A DNA stretch of 64,000 bases from positions 27,538-91,537 of the forward strand of contig CAWECK010000006.1 in the NCBI GenBank assembly GCA_963807715.1, written 5' to 3'. Shown here piece after piece: positions 50,323-60,876 of the stretch; positions within the stretch are counted from its first letter, which is position 1, and every line of letters begins with the position of its first letter. Under the pieces are notes generated by a model, which was given only the letters and a program-made list of their open reading frames with translations, did no database searches and was not told the DNA's origin. This DNA is from an uncultured Planctomycetia bacterium. Lineage in GTDB: Bacteria; Planctomycetota; Planctomycetia; Pirellulales; PALSA-1355. Both the position numbers and the translations under genes were made by a program.

Positions 50323-51414
50323 ATGAAGCCAGAAATGTTGCGAATCGTCGCGGTCATGAGCCTCCTCATGGGCTGCCTGTGCCAGGCGGCCTCGGCGCGG
50401 CAGTGGCTCGACAAGAAGCAGGGCAAACGGTTTGAGGCTGAGTTTGTCCGCGTGCAAGACGGTAACGTCGTCTTCGCGCGAGGCGTCCGAACGCAGACCG
50501 TGCCGCTGGTGGACCTCGGAGACAAAGATCAGGAATATCTTCGGCGTGAGATGGAAAGTCGGGGCAAACCCTGGCTTGTCGCATCACCTGAATCGCTGAG
50601 AACTTGGACGGACACTCAAGGGCGAAGCAACAGCGCCATGTTTATTCGCATGATGGGGCGCGATGCCCTGCTGGGCAACAGGAAGGGCACCTATCAAGTC
50701 CCATTTGAGTTGCTGAGCGACAGCGATCAGGAGTTCGTGCGCCAAGAATTGGCGGCCCAAGGTAAAGCAGATCAGCTACCCGCCGACTCGCCTGAAGAGG
50801 CATCCGCCAAGCGGCTTGCCAAAAAGAACGAGGACGCGAAAGGCAAGCCGGCCTCAAATGAGGTCATAGGGGGTGTGGTGGGCGGCCGTCCCTTCGATGC
50901 GGATATGGCGGCCGACACCAATGCGCCAGAAAAACCACCGGCGAAAGCCGGCAATGGCGAATTGGCGTCGATAACTCCCCCGGGCCCGCCAGTGGGCAAC
51001 TCCGCTGTAGCGGCTTCAGAAGACACAACTCCCAAGGACGGACCAAAAACGGAAAAGCAGCCCAACAGCGATAGCGCTTCCGCCCTCGATCTCAATGTGC
51101 CTGCCGTGCCGGAACATTCGGCCGCGCCAACTCCAGCGGCGGCTCGACCCGCGGCGCCGCCTCCCATGGATCCGTCGATCAAGGGTTATCCCTATTGTTC
51201 GCGCTGCAAGCGCGCTTCGCCGGGCCAGCAACCAGGTGGGCCGTGCGGGGGCTGTGGCCAACCCTTGGATCTCTTTCAAAACCTGGATGGCTCGATCGAG
51301 GAAGTGGAAGGTCTCGGCTTCTGGGCCCAAAACGGCACGATCATCATTGTCGGAGTCGTGTGCGTGTGCGGATTTATCGGGTTCCGCACTTGGAAGGGCA
51401 ATAGCAGCGATTGA
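50323..51414 (+). CDS. Secreted protein with two SHD1-like repeats, Pro/Ala-rich linker, C-terminal Cys-rich ribbon and TM anchor (hypothetical)
   Basis: Signal peptide MKPEMLRIVAVMSLLMGCLCQAASA; repeats FEAEFVRVQDGNVVFARG...DKDQEYLRREMESRGK and YQVPFELLSDSDQEFVRQELAAQGK; CSRCKRASPGQQPGGPCGGCGQ; C-terminal IIIVGVVCVCGFIGF. Confidence 0.4.
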   Translation: MKPEMLRIVAVMSLLMGCLCQAASARQWLDKKQGKRFEAEFVRVQDGNVVFARGVRTQTVPLVDLGDKDQEYLRREMESRGKPWLVASPESLRTWTDTQGRSNSAMFIRMMGRDALLGNRKGTYQVPFELLSDSDQEFVRQELAAQGKADQLPADSPEEASAKRLAKKNEDAKGKPASNEVIGGVVGGRPFDADMAADTNAPEKPPAKAGNGELASITPPGPPVGNSAVAASEDTTPKDGPKTEKQPNSDSASALDLNVPAVPEHSAAPTPAAARPAAPPPMDPSIKGYPYCSRCKRASPGQQPGGPCGGCGQPLDLFQNLDGSIEEVEGLGFWAQNGTIIIVGVVCVCGFIGFRTWKGNSSD

Positions 51415-51499
51415 CGGCTGGCGCTTGAGCGCAGCCACCGTTTGCCGCGATTGCGGGGCAACGGCCCACAGCGGAATCTCGGCCTGTTTAGCTGTTCCG

Positions 51500-52798
51500 T
51501 TAGCGGTGCCGCGCGGGTTTGACCTGAATGTCGTCGAAGGAAACTTCGCCCACGCCACCATGCAGGCCGATCCGCAACACGGCCTCCCGCGCCAGGGGCG
51601 GCACGGCGATGACTTCCGATTCACGCCGCCAGCCAAACGTTCCCTTCCACGGACCAAGCCAGGCGTGTCCCACCTGGCCCGGTTTTCGTCGTAGAAGATC
51701 ACTCCCAAAACCGGCACCTCGTCCTCGTTGCGGCCGGCGTGGACGTCGATGCCGCGCGAACCCATAAGGAAACTCCAATCTCGTGAACTTTGCGGCCGTC
51801 GACCGCCATTCCCTGCAAGGCGCGGCTGGCCCGCCCGGGTCGCTATTGGCAAAGCGAACATAATGCTGCCCGTCGGGAGCGTCTTTGGCTTCGACAAGTT
51901 CCAACTGCCGCTGGTAGTGCCAGCCGACCGGCTTGGGTGCTTCGTCGTCGGCCGGCTTGGACGGCAGCACGGCTTGCGGCTCGGGCACAATCTCTTGGGT
52001 GGCAGATTGGTGGCGAGCTCTTCGAAACTGCCGTTGGCGACGTGCGGGTTGGCCGGGTCCGGCTTGATTTCGCGGCCGGCCTCGGCCAAGCCGGTCATTG
52101 GCACAAATAGCGTCGGCAGCAACGCCGTCGAGACGAGTTTGCCGTCCACCTTCTTGAACAAGTACAGCGTCTGCTGATAGCGCTCGCCGACCGGAACGAT
52201 CAGGCGGCCTCCTTCTTTTAGCTCTGCCACGAGTGCCGTCGGGCACTTTCTCCGGCGAACAGGTGACGATGATCTTGTCGAAGGGCGCGTGCTCCGCCCA
52301 ACCGGCGAAACCGTCGCCGATCTTCGTATGCACGTTGGCGTACTTGAGCCGCTTGAGCGTCCGCGCGGCCCGCTCGCCAAGCGGCTTGACGATCTCGATC
52401 GTATAAACGTCCTTCACCAGCGGGCTGAGCACGGCGGCCTGAAAGCCGCTGCCGGTGCCGATCTCCAGCACCTTGTCGTCGGGCTGCGGATCGAGTTGCT
52501 CGGTCATGTACGCGACGACGTAAGGGGGCGAAATCGTCTGGCTGTTGCCGATCGGCAACGCCATGTCGTAATAGGCCAGCGGACGTTCCGTGGCCTGCAC
52601 GAACTCGTGGCGCGGCGTCGCGCGCATGGCGGCGATTACGCGGGGGTTCTTGATCCCGGCGGCGACGATCTCCTCGTCGACCATCTTGTCGTGCGCCGCC
52701 GCCAACGGATCGTACGAAACCGGCGGCGTGGCCTGCCCCCAGCCACCGAACCAGAACGCAACGGACCACAAGACAAGCAAAACACCAAGGCGTTTCAT
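51500..52798 (-). CDS. pcm: Protein-L-isoaspartate O-methyltransferase with signal peptide and ~200-aa C-terminal extension; two to three apparent frameshifts
   Basis: MKRLGVLLVLWSVAFWFGGWG; PCMT core VLEIGTGSGFQAAVLSPLV...(ORF 51500..52849) continued as ALVAELKEGGRLIVPVGERYQQTLYLFKKVDGKLVSTALLPTLFVPMTG (ORF 51016..52380 frame) and C-terminal KPVGWHYQRQLELVEAKDAPDGQHYVRF...VLRIGLHGGVGEVSFDDIQVKP back in first frame. Confidence 0.6.
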   Translation of the reverse strand: MKRLGVLLVLWSVAFWFGGWGQATPPVSYDPLAAAHDKMVDEEIVAAGIKNPRVIAAMRATPRHEFVQATERPLAYYDMALPIGNSQTISPPYVVAYMTEQLDPQPDDKVLEIGTGSGFQAAVLSPLVKDVYTIEIVKPLGERAARTLKRLKYANVHTKIGDGFAGWAEHAPFDKIIVTCSPEKVPDGTRGRAKRRRPPDRSGRRALSADAVLVQEGGRQTRLDGVAADAICANDRLGRGRPRNQAGPGQPARRQRQFRRARHQSATQEIVPEPQAVLPSKPADDEAPKPVGWHYQRQLELVEAKDAPDGQHYVRFANSDPGGPAAPCREWRSTAAKFTRLEFPYGFARHRRPRRPQRGRGAGFGSDLLRRKPGQVGHAWLGPWKGTFGWRRESEVIAVPPLAREAVLRIGLHGGVGEVSFDDIQVKPARHR

Positions 52799-53045
52799 GG
52801 CGATAACCAGGAGGACGAAGGAGAATACAGACGGATACCACAGAATCATTCACAGATTTGTCAGCGCGGCGAAGCGGCGGCCGAATAAAGTAATCTTTTA
52901 TTTGGGAGACAAGAAAGCAGGAGAAATTCTCAATGATTCAATTCTCCGCGGATTACGTCGCGTTCATCGTTTTCTCGTTTCCTGCCTCTCCTTTCCTGGC
53001 TTCCTTATAAGAATTCCTAAATGCTTCGTAGAACGCTTCGCTTTC

Positions 53046-54464
53046 TTAAAATCTAGCCTCCGGCTCGCTAAGGAACAGCCGGCGGGCTGGCAAATCAATC
53101 TCCACGCGATAATGAGACAGCAAGTCATGACCCACGAGCAGGTCCACCACGTCGAGTCGCTCAAGTTCCGCAGGTAGAGTGCCGCGCACGGGCCAATTTT
53201 TCAGTTGTAGGTTTCCCAACTCCCAGCGGCCAACCGTGTATTTGCCAAGGTGGTAACGCTGTGCGAACCAATTTTTCAGCGGCTGGAAGTCAGGCAACCT
53301 GCGGCTCGCCCAATGGGACGACAAGTAAGTTCCCTGGCGATTGCCCGTGTCGATTAGTGTCCGCGCAAACTCGCCGTCGGGCATGCGCCCTTGGGCCAGG
53401 CACATCTGTGAGAACGTCCACAAGGGAATCTCCCAGCCGGCCGGCAATGGCTCCGCGACCGGTTCGCGAGAGCCTGCGATGGTTGCCGCTGGCTCGACGA
53501 TCACTTGCCGCCGCGGGTAGTCTATCACAAACCGCACGTGATGCATCAAATCGATACCGAGCGAGGCCTGCCCGGCGGCCTGCGCAAGTGCCGCCGATTC
53601 ACCCACATAGACCGGCACATCGTGTAACACCAGTTCGCCCAAGCGCATTTGCCGCACAATAGCCGGCCGTGCTCGAAAGTTCGAAAATCCCACCATCTGG
53701 CGCAGTCCGGGCCAACTTCGACTCCGGCCGCAGCCGCAGCCGCGGGCGTAAGCAGTGTGTGCTGCGCGCCCGTGTCCACAAACACTTGCGACAGCCGCAT
53801 GCCATTGATATCCAGCGATATCGTTTCTGGAGCAATGGCTTCGGTATCCCGTCGTATGGCGGTCTGGCCTGCTGACCGCTTGGCGGCCACCATCGGCAAC
53901 ACGGATCGCCGGGCCGCACCATTCAGACGATAGGGGACCGCGCCGGCCAATGCTTCGCGCCAGAAGCCCAATGCGGCGACGGCGGGCGAGCCTGCCGCGA
54001 TCTGTTCTTTGAGCCAAGGGTCGAGCGCCGGCTCGTCGGGTCCACTCGCTTGTCGCCAGCGAGCCGTCAGCCAAAGCTTGAGCAAGCACGGATCGGTCGG
54101 ACCGGCCACGCTCTTTGCCGCGACATCGTTATCATTGACTGTTTCAATGCGAGGCAATCGGCCGGTCGCGTTCCTCGCTGCTGCCACGATTTGTCGCAAG
54201 GCCACATTCTCGGCCTCGCGGTTTCGCCCCACAGACAATAGGGCTTCGACTTGCAGGCGGGGTAACCCGGCGGGCTGCGGATCGGACGTGGCGGAAGGGA
54301 TCGCCGCGTCCACGAATTCCGGGAAGCGGCCGGCTTTCAGCAACATTTCCAGCCGGTGGACATGCTCGTGCGACCCATCGTCCAGGGCGCCGTCCCTCCG
54401 CGGCGCGCAAGACACCGCCGAGAGCCAGCAGGCAGCAGACGCTGATTTTGCACCGGACGAACAT
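53046..54464 (-). CDS. Secreted tandem retropepsin-like (clan AA) aspartyl protease: two DTG domains in one chain; two apparent frameshifts (near 54390 and 53700)
   Basis: Signal MFVRCKISVCCLLALGGVLRA (ORF 54144..54464 frame); domain 1 VFVDTGAQHTLLT (ORF 53546..54415); domain 2 LIDTGNRQGTYLS (ORF 53046..54089). Confidence 0.55.
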
Positions 54465-54671
54465 GGTTGTTACCAGCAGACCAAACGGCGCCTCGTGCGG
54501 CGCTCAATTCACTGTAACCTTTTCATGGGCGCGTAGCAGCCCCCCACCGGCATAACCGGCGAGAGCAGAGCTTGCAGAGCGGCCCGCGGTGTGAAACACT
54601 GCGGGTCGTGCCGGATGTATCGAGCATTCCTTTATTGGTTTATTAATCCAGAAACGACACGGAATCATCCC

Positions 54672-55466
54672 ATGAAAACAAACCCCGTCAAACGACTGTT
54701 GAAGTCGGGCAAACCTGCCATTGGCACCTGGCTTTCACTCGGAGACCTGATGGCCAGCCGCGTGCTGGCGCGCATGGACTTTGACTGGCTGACGCTCGAC
54801 ATGGAGCATTCGCCGATCGATTGGTCGCAAGCCGCTGCCGATTTTCGCGCGCATTGCCGACGCTGGCGGCGTGCCGCTGGCCCGAGTGCCGGCCGGCGAA
54901 CACGCCCTGATCAAGCGGACGCTGGACGGCGGCGCTTGGGGCATCGTCGTGCCGATGGTCGACACCGTCGAGCAAGCAAAGCGGGCGATCGCCGCGGCCA
55001 AGTATCCGCCGACCGGCAACCGCAGCCTCGGCGGCACGCTGCACGCCGTGAACTACGGCACCGCGAACCCGGAATACTTCCGCAAAGCCAACGACGAGGT
55101 GCTGGTGGTCTTGCAGACCGAAAGTCCCCAAGGCGTGGCCAATGCCGAAGCCATCTACAGCTTGCCCGGCGTCGACGCGATCTTCGTCGGCCCGGTCGAT
55201 CTGCGTGCACAGATGCGCAAGCCCGACGGCACCGAAGCGACGGACGAAGAGTTCGCGGCCATGCTGGCCGCGTCGTCGCGGCGGGCAAAAAGACCGGCAC
55301 GCCCACCGGCATGCACCTGATGGACGTGACGTCGGCTCAGCATTGGATCCGGCAGGGGATGCAATTCATTGCCATCGGCAGCGAATTGCGATTCATGACG
55401 TCGGCGGCTCAAGAAGCCGTGGAAGCGCTGAAGGGCAAAGCGGAATCCAAAGACATCGCCTACTAA
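54672..55466 (+). pseudogene. HpcH/HpaI-family aldolase (2-keto-3-deoxy-sugar acid aldolase), two to three frameshifts
   Basis: [50 protein letters not shown] (ORF 54591 frame) / [47 protein letters not shown]...[13 protein letters not shown] (ORF 54871 frame) / [30 protein letters not shown] (first frame). Confidence 0.55.
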
Positions 55467-55513
55467 GGCACATTGGTCGGCTTAAAACGTATTAATCGGC
55501 AAGCGAGCTACTC

Positions 55514-56344
55514 ATGAAGCGCTGGTCGCGCCGGGAAATTCTTGACCGGTTTCACAATCAACTGGCGGCAGGACATCCGATCATCGGCGGCGGGGCCGGC
55601 ACCGGCATCAGCGCCAAAATGTCGGAGGCCGGCGGCGTCGACTTGCTGGTGATCTACAACTCCGGGCGCTTTCGCATGGCGGGGCGCGGATCGCTGGCCG
55701 GCATGATGCCGTACGGAGACGCCAACGCCATCGTGATGGACATGGCCCGCGAGGTGCTGCCGGTCGTCGCTCATACGCCGGTGCTGGCCGGCGTATGCGG
55801 CACCGATCCGTTCCGCATCATGGACGTCTTTCTGCGCGAAGTGCAGGCCGCGGGCTTTGCCGGCGTGCAGAATTTTCCGACGGTGGGCCTCTTCGACGGC
55901 AAGTTTCGCCAGAACCTGGAAGAGACCGGCATGGGATTCGGCTTGGAGGTCGACATGATTCGCCAGGCCCGTTTGCTCGACTTGTTGACGACCCCCTACG
56001 TGTTCAATCCCGACGAAGCACGCGCCATGGCAGCCGCCGGCGCCGACGTGCTGATTCCGCACATGGGTTTGACGACCAAAGGCACGATCGGCGCCAGCAC
56101 GGCTGTAACGTTGGAGGAATCGGCGCGTAGCGTGCAAGCCATGCACGACGCGGCGAAGCAGGTTAATCCTGACATCTTGGTACTGTGTCACGGCGGGCCG
56201 ATCGCCGAGCCGGCCGATGCGCAGTACATCCTGGATCATACCGAAGGGATCGTCGGTTTCTATGGTGCCAGCTCGATGGAGCGATTGCCCGTCGAGCCGG
56301 CGATCGCGGGCCGTGTGCGGGAATTCAAGACCCTGCGACGCTAA
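55514..56344 (+). CDS. Phosphoenolpyruvate hydrolase-like TIM-barrel protein (Tm-1 C-terminal-domain family)
   Basis: Intact 276 aa; family blocks [82 protein letters not shown]. Confidence 0.55.
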   Translation: MKRWSRREILDRFHNQLAAGHPIIGGGAGTGISAKMSEAGGVDLLVIYNSGRFRMAGRGSLAGMMPYGDANAIVMDMAREVLPVVAHTPVLAGVCGTDPFRIMDVFLREVQAAGFAGVQNFPTVGLFDGKFRQNLEETGMGFGLEVDMIRQARLLDLLTTPYVFNPDEARAMAAAGADVLIPHMGLTTKGTIGASTAVTLEESARSVQAMHDAAKQVNPDILVLCHGGPIAEPADAQYILDHTEGIVGFYGASSMERLPVEPAIAGRVREFKTLRR

Positions 56345-56635
56345 CAGCCCAAGGTATCCCTGGAGCGTCCCTTTATTGGGTCTTGAACCTGGCAGTCCGC
56401 AGTCCTCCTTCGACCAGCGCGTTAAACCTTGCCGGATTCGCTGGATTTGCGGGCTCGCGCGAGCCGAGAATAAAGGGGCCTCGCGGGGAGGACACTCGTC
56501 CAGGGCCTCCCCAGTGCCAGCAATGCCAGCGTCTTCAGCCGCGCGGCATCGGTCGAAATCCTGGCTGACGTTTACGAACAAACAACGTCTATGAACCAAC
56601 ACCGGTTCTGGCAACGGTTTTTGGAAAGGTCTTCT

Positions 56636-57091
56636 ATGAAGAAAATGCGGATCTTGTTGGCGGCGGTCGTGATGTCAGCGCTGGTCGGCGGTTACTTGTT
56701 AGGCGCGCATGCTGGGCCGAGCAAAGCTGCACTGAGCAAGGATGTGAAATGCCCGATTACGGGCAAGCCCGTGAAAGCCGATCAATTTGTTGAATTCAAC
56801 GGCGGCAAGGTTTATTTCTGTTGCGGCGGGTGCGCCGGCGAGTTTGAAAAGGATCCCGACACATTTGCCGCCAAGGCCAATCTGCAATTGGTGCAAACGG
56901 GCCAACTCAAGCAGGTTGCTTGTCCCTTCAGCGGCAAGCCCACGAGTCCCACGACTGCCCTCGACGTAGCTGGGGTCAACGTGACGTTTTGTTGCGACCA
57001 CTGCAAGGCGAAGGCTGCCGAAACTGCCAGCGACGATCAGGTTAACCTGATCTTTGCCGACGCTAGCAAGGGCTTCAAGACCGTAAAGTAG
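56636..57091 (+). CDS. Secreted double YHS/TRASH-like domain protein (putative periplasmic metal-binding)
   Basis: Signal MKKMRILLAAVVMSALVGGYLLGAHA; CPITGKPVKADQFVEFNGGKVYFCCGGCAGEFEKDP and ACPFSGKPTSPTTALDVAGVNVTFCCDHCKAKAAE, same motif as the two C-terminal domains of the MFP at 23278..25287. Confidence 0.5.
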   Translation: MKKMRILLAAVVMSALVGGYLLGAHAGPSKAALSKDVKCPITGKPVKADQFVEFNGGKVYFCCGGCAGEFEKDPDTFAAKANLQLVQTGQLKQVACPFSGKPTSPTTALDVAGVNVTFCCDHCKAKAAETASDDQVNLIFADASKGFKTVK

Positions 57092-57388
57092 CAGTGCGCA
57101 CTTCCGACGATCAGCCATTGTCATTGCGAACGAATATCGGGGAGTGGCCCGGTGAACCGGCCCCCCTTCTTTTTCGGCTGGGTCGGTCAGCAGCAGGCGT
57201 TTGCCAGTGTGGCGGCGCCAGAGTTGCATGCCCAGGGACTTAATCCCTGGGCATTGGTTTTCCGTTGTATATTGCGGTGGAAACTTGCACTTTCTCTGCT
57301 GCTGGGAATTTGGGATACTCCCGCCCCGGGCGGGCGATTCGCCCGGAGTGCCGCCATCCAGCACTGAGTCCCTCGGTTGCCCTCCACG

Positions 57389-58661
57389 ATGAAGATCTTT
57401 TTTTCCGCCGGCGAACCCAGCGGAGATCTGCACGGCGCGAATCTCATCCGCGAACTGCGCCGCCGTCGGCCTGACGTGGAAGCCGTAGGTTATGGCGGTC
57501 CCGAAATGGCCGCAGCCGGTTGCCAGCTGCACGCCGACCTAACCGCGCTCGCCGTGATGTGGCTGCTGCGCGTGTTGTTGAATCTGCACAAGTTCCTCGA
57601 TCTGGCGAGCCGTGCCGACCGCTATTTCCGCCATCATCGACCTGACGCCGTCGTGCTCATCGACTATCCGGGCTTCAATTGGTGGATTGCCCGCCGCGCC
57701 AAGGCGCATGGCATCCCGGTGTTCTATTATGCCCCGCCGCAAATCTGGGCCTGGGCAAGTTGGCGGATCAAGAAGATGCGAGCGCTGGTCGATCATGTGC
57801 TCTGCAGCCTGCCGTTCGAGGCGCGTTGGTTCGCCGCCAATGGCTGCCGGGCCACGTTCGTCGGCCATCCTTACTTCGACGAAGTGCGGCGGCAACAATT
57901 GGACGCCGAATTCTTGCAGCAGCACACGGATCAGGCTCGCCCGCTGGTGACGATCCTGCCGGGCTCGCGCACGCAAGAAGTCGTCCACAACCTGGATCAG
58001 CTTTTGGGCACGGCAAAGTTGATTGCGGACGCCGTCCCGCAAGTACGCTTCGCGCTCGCCTGCTTCAAACCCCAGCAGGCGGAAATGGCACAACAGCGAG
58101 TCGCCGCAGTCGGACTCTCGATCGATGTGTTCGTGCGCCGCACTCCCGAATTGATCCAGCTGGCCGATTGTTGCCTGGCGGTCTCAGGTTCGGTGTCGCT
58201 GGAACTACTGTATCAAGTCAAGCCGACGGTGATCGTCTACACGATCAGCCCGTTGGCGTACCAATTGCAATCGTGGTTTCGCCGCGTGAAGTACATCACG
58301 CTGGTGAACTTGCTGGCGGCAGACGATATCTTTTTCGGTACGTCTCAAGCGGCTGGGGCTGAGGCGGCTGGGGCCGAGAACCCCTTGTTCCCTGAATTCG
58401 TGACTTGCACGGACAAGTCAGCGGACATGGCGCGAGCAAATCATCACCTGGTTGGTGCATCGCGACGAGCGGGCCCGGCTCGTGGCCCGGTTGGAGGCCC
58501 TGAAAGGCCAAGTCGCCCACGGCGGAGCTTCCGGCCGGGCTGCGACGTACATTCTGGCGGAATTGGATCGCCGACCGAAACAAGGGCTGCGGCCGCATTA
58601 CCTACCCTCGCGGCACTTGCCAGGGGCGGTGGTTGACGCGAGCCACCGCAAGGCCGCTTGA
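57389..58661 (+). CDS. lpxB: Lipid-A-disaccharide synthase; one apparent frameshift near 58440
   Basis: MKIFFSAGEPSGDLHGANLIRELRRR...ELAVM.., PDAVVLIDYPGFN, YYAPPQIWAWASWR, TILPGSRTQEV, LAVSGSVSLE; C-terminal 70 aa found in ORF 58452..58661 frame. Confidence 0.7.
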
Positions 58662-58766
58662 TTGCTGCTAATCCGCGAGCGCAGTGGATGCTCGTTCGTA
58701 CTCGCCGACCGTGTGGTACAATTTTGGGCCTGCCCCCATTTTTGCCACTCCACCCGAGAACCGTCC

Positions 58767-59510
58767 GTGTTGTTATCTGAACCGCCGCGCTCACCGTACG
58801 ATCTGAACTTCGTGCTCTTCGGCATTCCAGTGCGCGTGCATCCTTTTTTCTGGCTCGTTTGCCTCCTGTTCGGCCTCAACGGCAGTCGTAGCGATCCGAT
58901 GAGCGTCCTACTATGGGTGATCGCGGTTTTCGTTTCGATTTTGATCCACGAGATGGGGCATGCGACAGCGATCCGGGCTCACGGTTGGCAGCCCTCGATC
59001 ACCTTGCACGGAATGGGCGGGCTGGCTTCGTATCGGCCCACGCGGCGCACGACCAGCAGCGAGATCATGATCGCCCTGGCCGGGCCGGCCGCTGGCTTCC
59101 TGTTTGCCACGTTCGTCCTTGCCATGATTTTGGCGGTGGGTCATGCGGTCCGTTTCGACTGGCGGTCCATGCCCCACTTCCCCGTCGATTTCGAACCTTT
59201 TGCAAACCGGCGCATGAATTTCTTTATTGATAACTTGTTGTTCATCAATATCTTCTGGGGAATGGTCAACTTGTTGCCGGTAATGCCGCTGGACGGCAGC
59301 CACGTGGCTCGCGAGTTGCTTGAAGCGCAAAGTCCCGGCAATGGACTGCGGCGAGCGCTCATGGTTTCCCTCTGGGTGGGTGCCGCCATGGCCTTGTACG
59401 CAATCACGCGAATGCAAGACGGCTACGTGGCCTTGATGTTCGGCTATCTGGCTTACAACAGTTATGCCGCTCTGCAGTCTTTCGGACGCGGTTTTGGAGG
59501 ACGATGGTGA
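58767..59510 (+). CDS. Site-2 protease family (M50) membrane metalloprotease, short type
   Basis: GTG start VLLSEPPRSPYDLNFVLFGIPVRVHPFFW; ILIHEMGHATAIRAHG HEXXH; LDGSHV (LDG motif); 5-6 TM. Confidence 0.65.
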   Translation: MLLSEPPRSPYDLNFVLFGIPVRVHPFFWLVCLLFGLNGSRSDPMSVLLWVIAVFVSILIHEMGHATAIRAHGWQPSITLHGMGGLASYRPTRRTTSSEIMIALAGPAAGFLFATFVLAMILAVGHAVRFDWRSMPHFPVDFEPFANRRMNFFIDNLLFINIFWGMVNLLPVMPLDGSHVARELLEAQSPGNGLRRALMVSLWVGAAMALYAITRMQDGYVALMFGYLAYNSYAALQSFGRGFGGRW

Positions 59511-59533
59511 GCGCCGGCACGGGCCATCCCGGC

Positions 59534-60313
59534 ATGAGCGTGCCACCGGCGGCACGGTGGGTGCTGCTGGGCGCGAGCAATCTCACCCATGGGCTCGCGA
59601 TCGTCCTGGCCACCGTCCGCCAACGGTGCCCTGCGCCCCTCGACGTTCTGGCCGCCGAGGGAAACGGCCGCTCGTATGGCAAAACCAGCCGAGTGCTGTG
59701 GCGTGAATTGCCCGGCATCGTGCAGTGCGGCCTGTGGCAGGCACTCGCTCAGCGCCCGTCGGCTCCGACCTCGGCGTTGCTGACCGACATCGGCAATGAC
59801 ATTTTGTACGATGTGCCGGTCGACCAGATTACCCAATGGGTCGACGAGTGCCTGACGCGTCTGACGGATACCGGCGCACACGTCGCCATGACCGAACTGC
59901 CGATCGATAATCTGCAAGCCCTTTCGCGGCGGCGGTTCCTCTTCTTTCGCCGACTATTCGTGCCGCAGTGCCGGCTGGCGTTAGAAACGGTTTGCGGTCG
60001 CGCGCATGAACTCAACGCGGCGTTGAGCGCGACGGCGCAGCGCCGCGGCGTAGCCTTGGTGCCGCAGTCGGCCGCGTGGTATGGCCTGGACCCGATGCAC
60101 ATTCGAGCGACATTGGCCACGCGAGCCTGGCAAACGATTCTTGCGCCCGTGCTCCCTGCAACCGCATCGCCTCCGCAGATTCGTCGACGAGGCGGTGAAC
60201 AATGGCGACTACTGAAACTGCGACCCAAGCAACGTCGCATGTGGGGAAAAGAACAACTCGCCGTGCAGCCGGCGATGCAATTTACCGATGGCATGACCCT
60301 GTCGCTGTATTGA
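59534..60313 (+). CDS. SGNH/GDSL-like hydrolase family protein (tentative)
   Basis: WVLLGASNLTHG (block I, Ser), TDIGNDILY (block III GxND), LDPMHIR (block V DxxH); start may be 59504. Confidence 0.35.
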   Translation: MSVPPAARWVLLGASNLTHGLAIVLATVRQRCPAPLDVLAAEGNGRSYGKTSRVLWRELPGIVQCGLWQALAQRPSAPTSALLTDIGNDILYDVPVDQITQWVDECLTRLTDTGAHVAMTELPIDNLQALSRRRFLFFRRLFVPQCRLALETVCGRAHELNAALSATAQRRGVALVPQSAAWYGLDPMHIRATLATRAWQTILAPVLPATASPPQIRRRGGEQWRLLKLRPKQRRMWGKEQLAVQPAMQFTDGMTLSLY

Positions 60314-60708
60314 GCGTTGGACCCAAACGCCTCTCTCGACTGCGCAACTCAAAACACTGCGCAATTTCATTCGCGGCACAGTTCAATGCGCCGCGCGCGA
60401 CAATGTCACCTGCGTGTCGCGGCCGGTTGGGGTGTGTAAACTCCGTTCGAAAAAATTGTGCCTGAAGAAAAGTTTTTGTGGAAATCATGTTGCATTAATT
60501 TCCAGAATATGTACAACTACTGCTCAGACATCTTTCCCTGAACGTGAGTTAGGGTCTTGCCGCGTAAGTTAAAACTCGTGACGTACGCTTAGCAAGACAT
60601 TCAGGAGGAGTTCGGTTCGTGTGTTCAGGGTAAGGCCTGTCTCGAATCGGTGTGACCTAGGAGGTCACCGAGATGGATCTTGCCGAAACTTTTTTAGGAG
60701 GATGAACA

Positions 60709-60780
60709 GTGGCCAAGAAGAAAGCTGCGAAGAAGAAAGCTGCTCCCAAGAAGAAGGCCAAGAAGGCCAAGAAGAAGTAG
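60709..60780 (+). CDS. 23-aa lysine/alanine-rich micro-ORF MAKKKAAKKKAAPKKKAKKAKKK (GTG start) with strong SD, preceded by a 10-codon uORF MDLAETFLGG that overlaps its SD
   Basis: GGAGGA 60696..60701 then GTG 60709; upstream ATG 60673 with GGAGGT 60659..60664; third SD GGAGGAG at 60603; terminator 100 nt downstream. Confidence 0.3.
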   Translation: MAKKKAAKKKAAPKKKAKKAKKK

Positions 60781-60876
60781 CCTTCTTTTGCCGTGCCTGC
60801 GGGGCAATGCCTTCGATGGCTAAAACCCAAAGGCCACACCCCGCTCACCTACTGAGCGGACGCGAAACAACGAGAA

